Positions 48,333 through 48,879 of a stretch of 48,879 bases of DNA are shown one piece after another. The stretch spans positions 1 to 48,879 of the forward strand of contig JBEICQ010000003.1 in NCBI GenBank assembly GCA_040383885.1, written 5' to 3'. Every line of letters begins with the position of its first letter. Position 1 is the first letter of the stretch. The stretch comes from Flavobacteriales bacterium (GTDB lineage Bacteria > Bacteroidota > Bacteroidia > UBA4408). The translations under genes were made by a program, and so were the position numbers. The notes beneath the pieces were generated by a model, which had not been told where the DNA came from, searched no databases, and was given only the letters and a program-made list of their open reading frames with translations.

Positions 48333-48879
48333 TCATTGGCATTCAGTGGTTACTTCTCCTATCAGGGTGGCCGAAGTGCAATCATTGATTTTCACCCTTA
48401 CATAAGATCCGGGAGCAATTCCGGGATTCTTGAAAACCACTACTTTATTTTGTGAATTTCGGCCATATACTTTCTCAGATGATCTTTTTGAGATACCCTC
48501 CACCAACACTTCGTATTCATTTCCTATGTCTCGCCTGTTGCTCTCTAAAGAAAGTCTGTTTTGTAAAGCGATGACTTCTGAGAGCCTCCTCTTTTTTACT
48601 TCTTCGGATACATCATCCTTATATTTTCTTTCAGCCAGGGTCTTGGGACGCTCAGAGTAATAAAACATATAGGAGAAGTCAAAAGCAGAAGCTTCCATCA
48701 GGGAAAGGGTCTCGTGATGATCTTCTTCTGTTTCGGTACAAAAACCTGAGATCGTATCGGTACTTATCGCACAATCAGGCATAAAATGTCTGATTGCGGC
48801 TATACGCTCAAGGTACCATTCCCTGGTATATCCCCTGTTCATCAGATCAAGCACTCGGGAAGAGCCGCTTTGCACCGGC
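48333..48879 (-). CDS. miaB: tRNA methylthiotransferase MiaB, C-terminal part (5' end outside the window)
   Basis: VQSGS..VL..MNRGY, STDTISGF, YSERP.T.A and a C-terminal TRAM domain. Confidence 0.9.
   Translation of the reverse strand, partial: PVQSGSSRVLDLMNRGYTREWYLERIAAIRHFMPDCAISTDTISGFCTETEEDHHETLSLMEASAFDFSYMFYYSERPKTLAERKYKDDVSEEVKKRRLSEVIALQNRLSLESNRRDIGNEYEVLVEGISKRSSEKVYGRNSQNKVVVFKNPGIAPGSYVRVKINDCTSATLIGEVTTECQ

Noticed and set aside
1-48879. CRISPR arrays, tRNA/rRNA, IS elements, prophage, defence or toxin-antitoxin genes
   Set aside because: No spaced direct repeats, cloverleafs, or transposase, integrase or nuclease motifs seen in the ORFs or intergenic gaps.

Overview
Gene-dense chromosomal segment of a Bacteroidota bacterium. 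The assignment rests on recurring TAnnTTTG -7 promoter elements, the uppS-bamA-skp-skp and acpP-fabF-rnc-IPExxxVDY-pyk gene orders, and a T9SS type-B cargo protein. Most of it is housekeeping: fabG, uppS, bamA, two skp, nrdA, lhgO, nuoM/nuoN, meaB, USP, ppx, pcm, aroA/aroB, an SSS symporter, a thioesterase, tspO, pyk, rnc, fabF, acpP and a partial miaB. I found no rRNA, tRNA, CRISPR array, prophage or IS. The best candidates for uncharacterised biology are: (1) a tight four-gene operon at 34472-39316 (helical lipoprotein, small secreted Cys protein, secreted cupin, and a 1030-aa TerB-like/FHA-like/ABCG-type transporter fusion); (2) a ~230-nt strongly base-paired intergenic RNA right after it (possible 6S-like ncRNA); (3) a GT-C glycosyltransferase fused to a fascin-like beta-trefoil; (4) a NIDO-domain T9SS adhesin with ~22 O-glycosylation sequons beside an orphan flippase and O-antigen-ligase pair; (5) detached nuoMN; and (6) phased DnaA-box-like 9-mers upstream of nrdA. 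All calls come from reading motifs by eye; no database searches were run.
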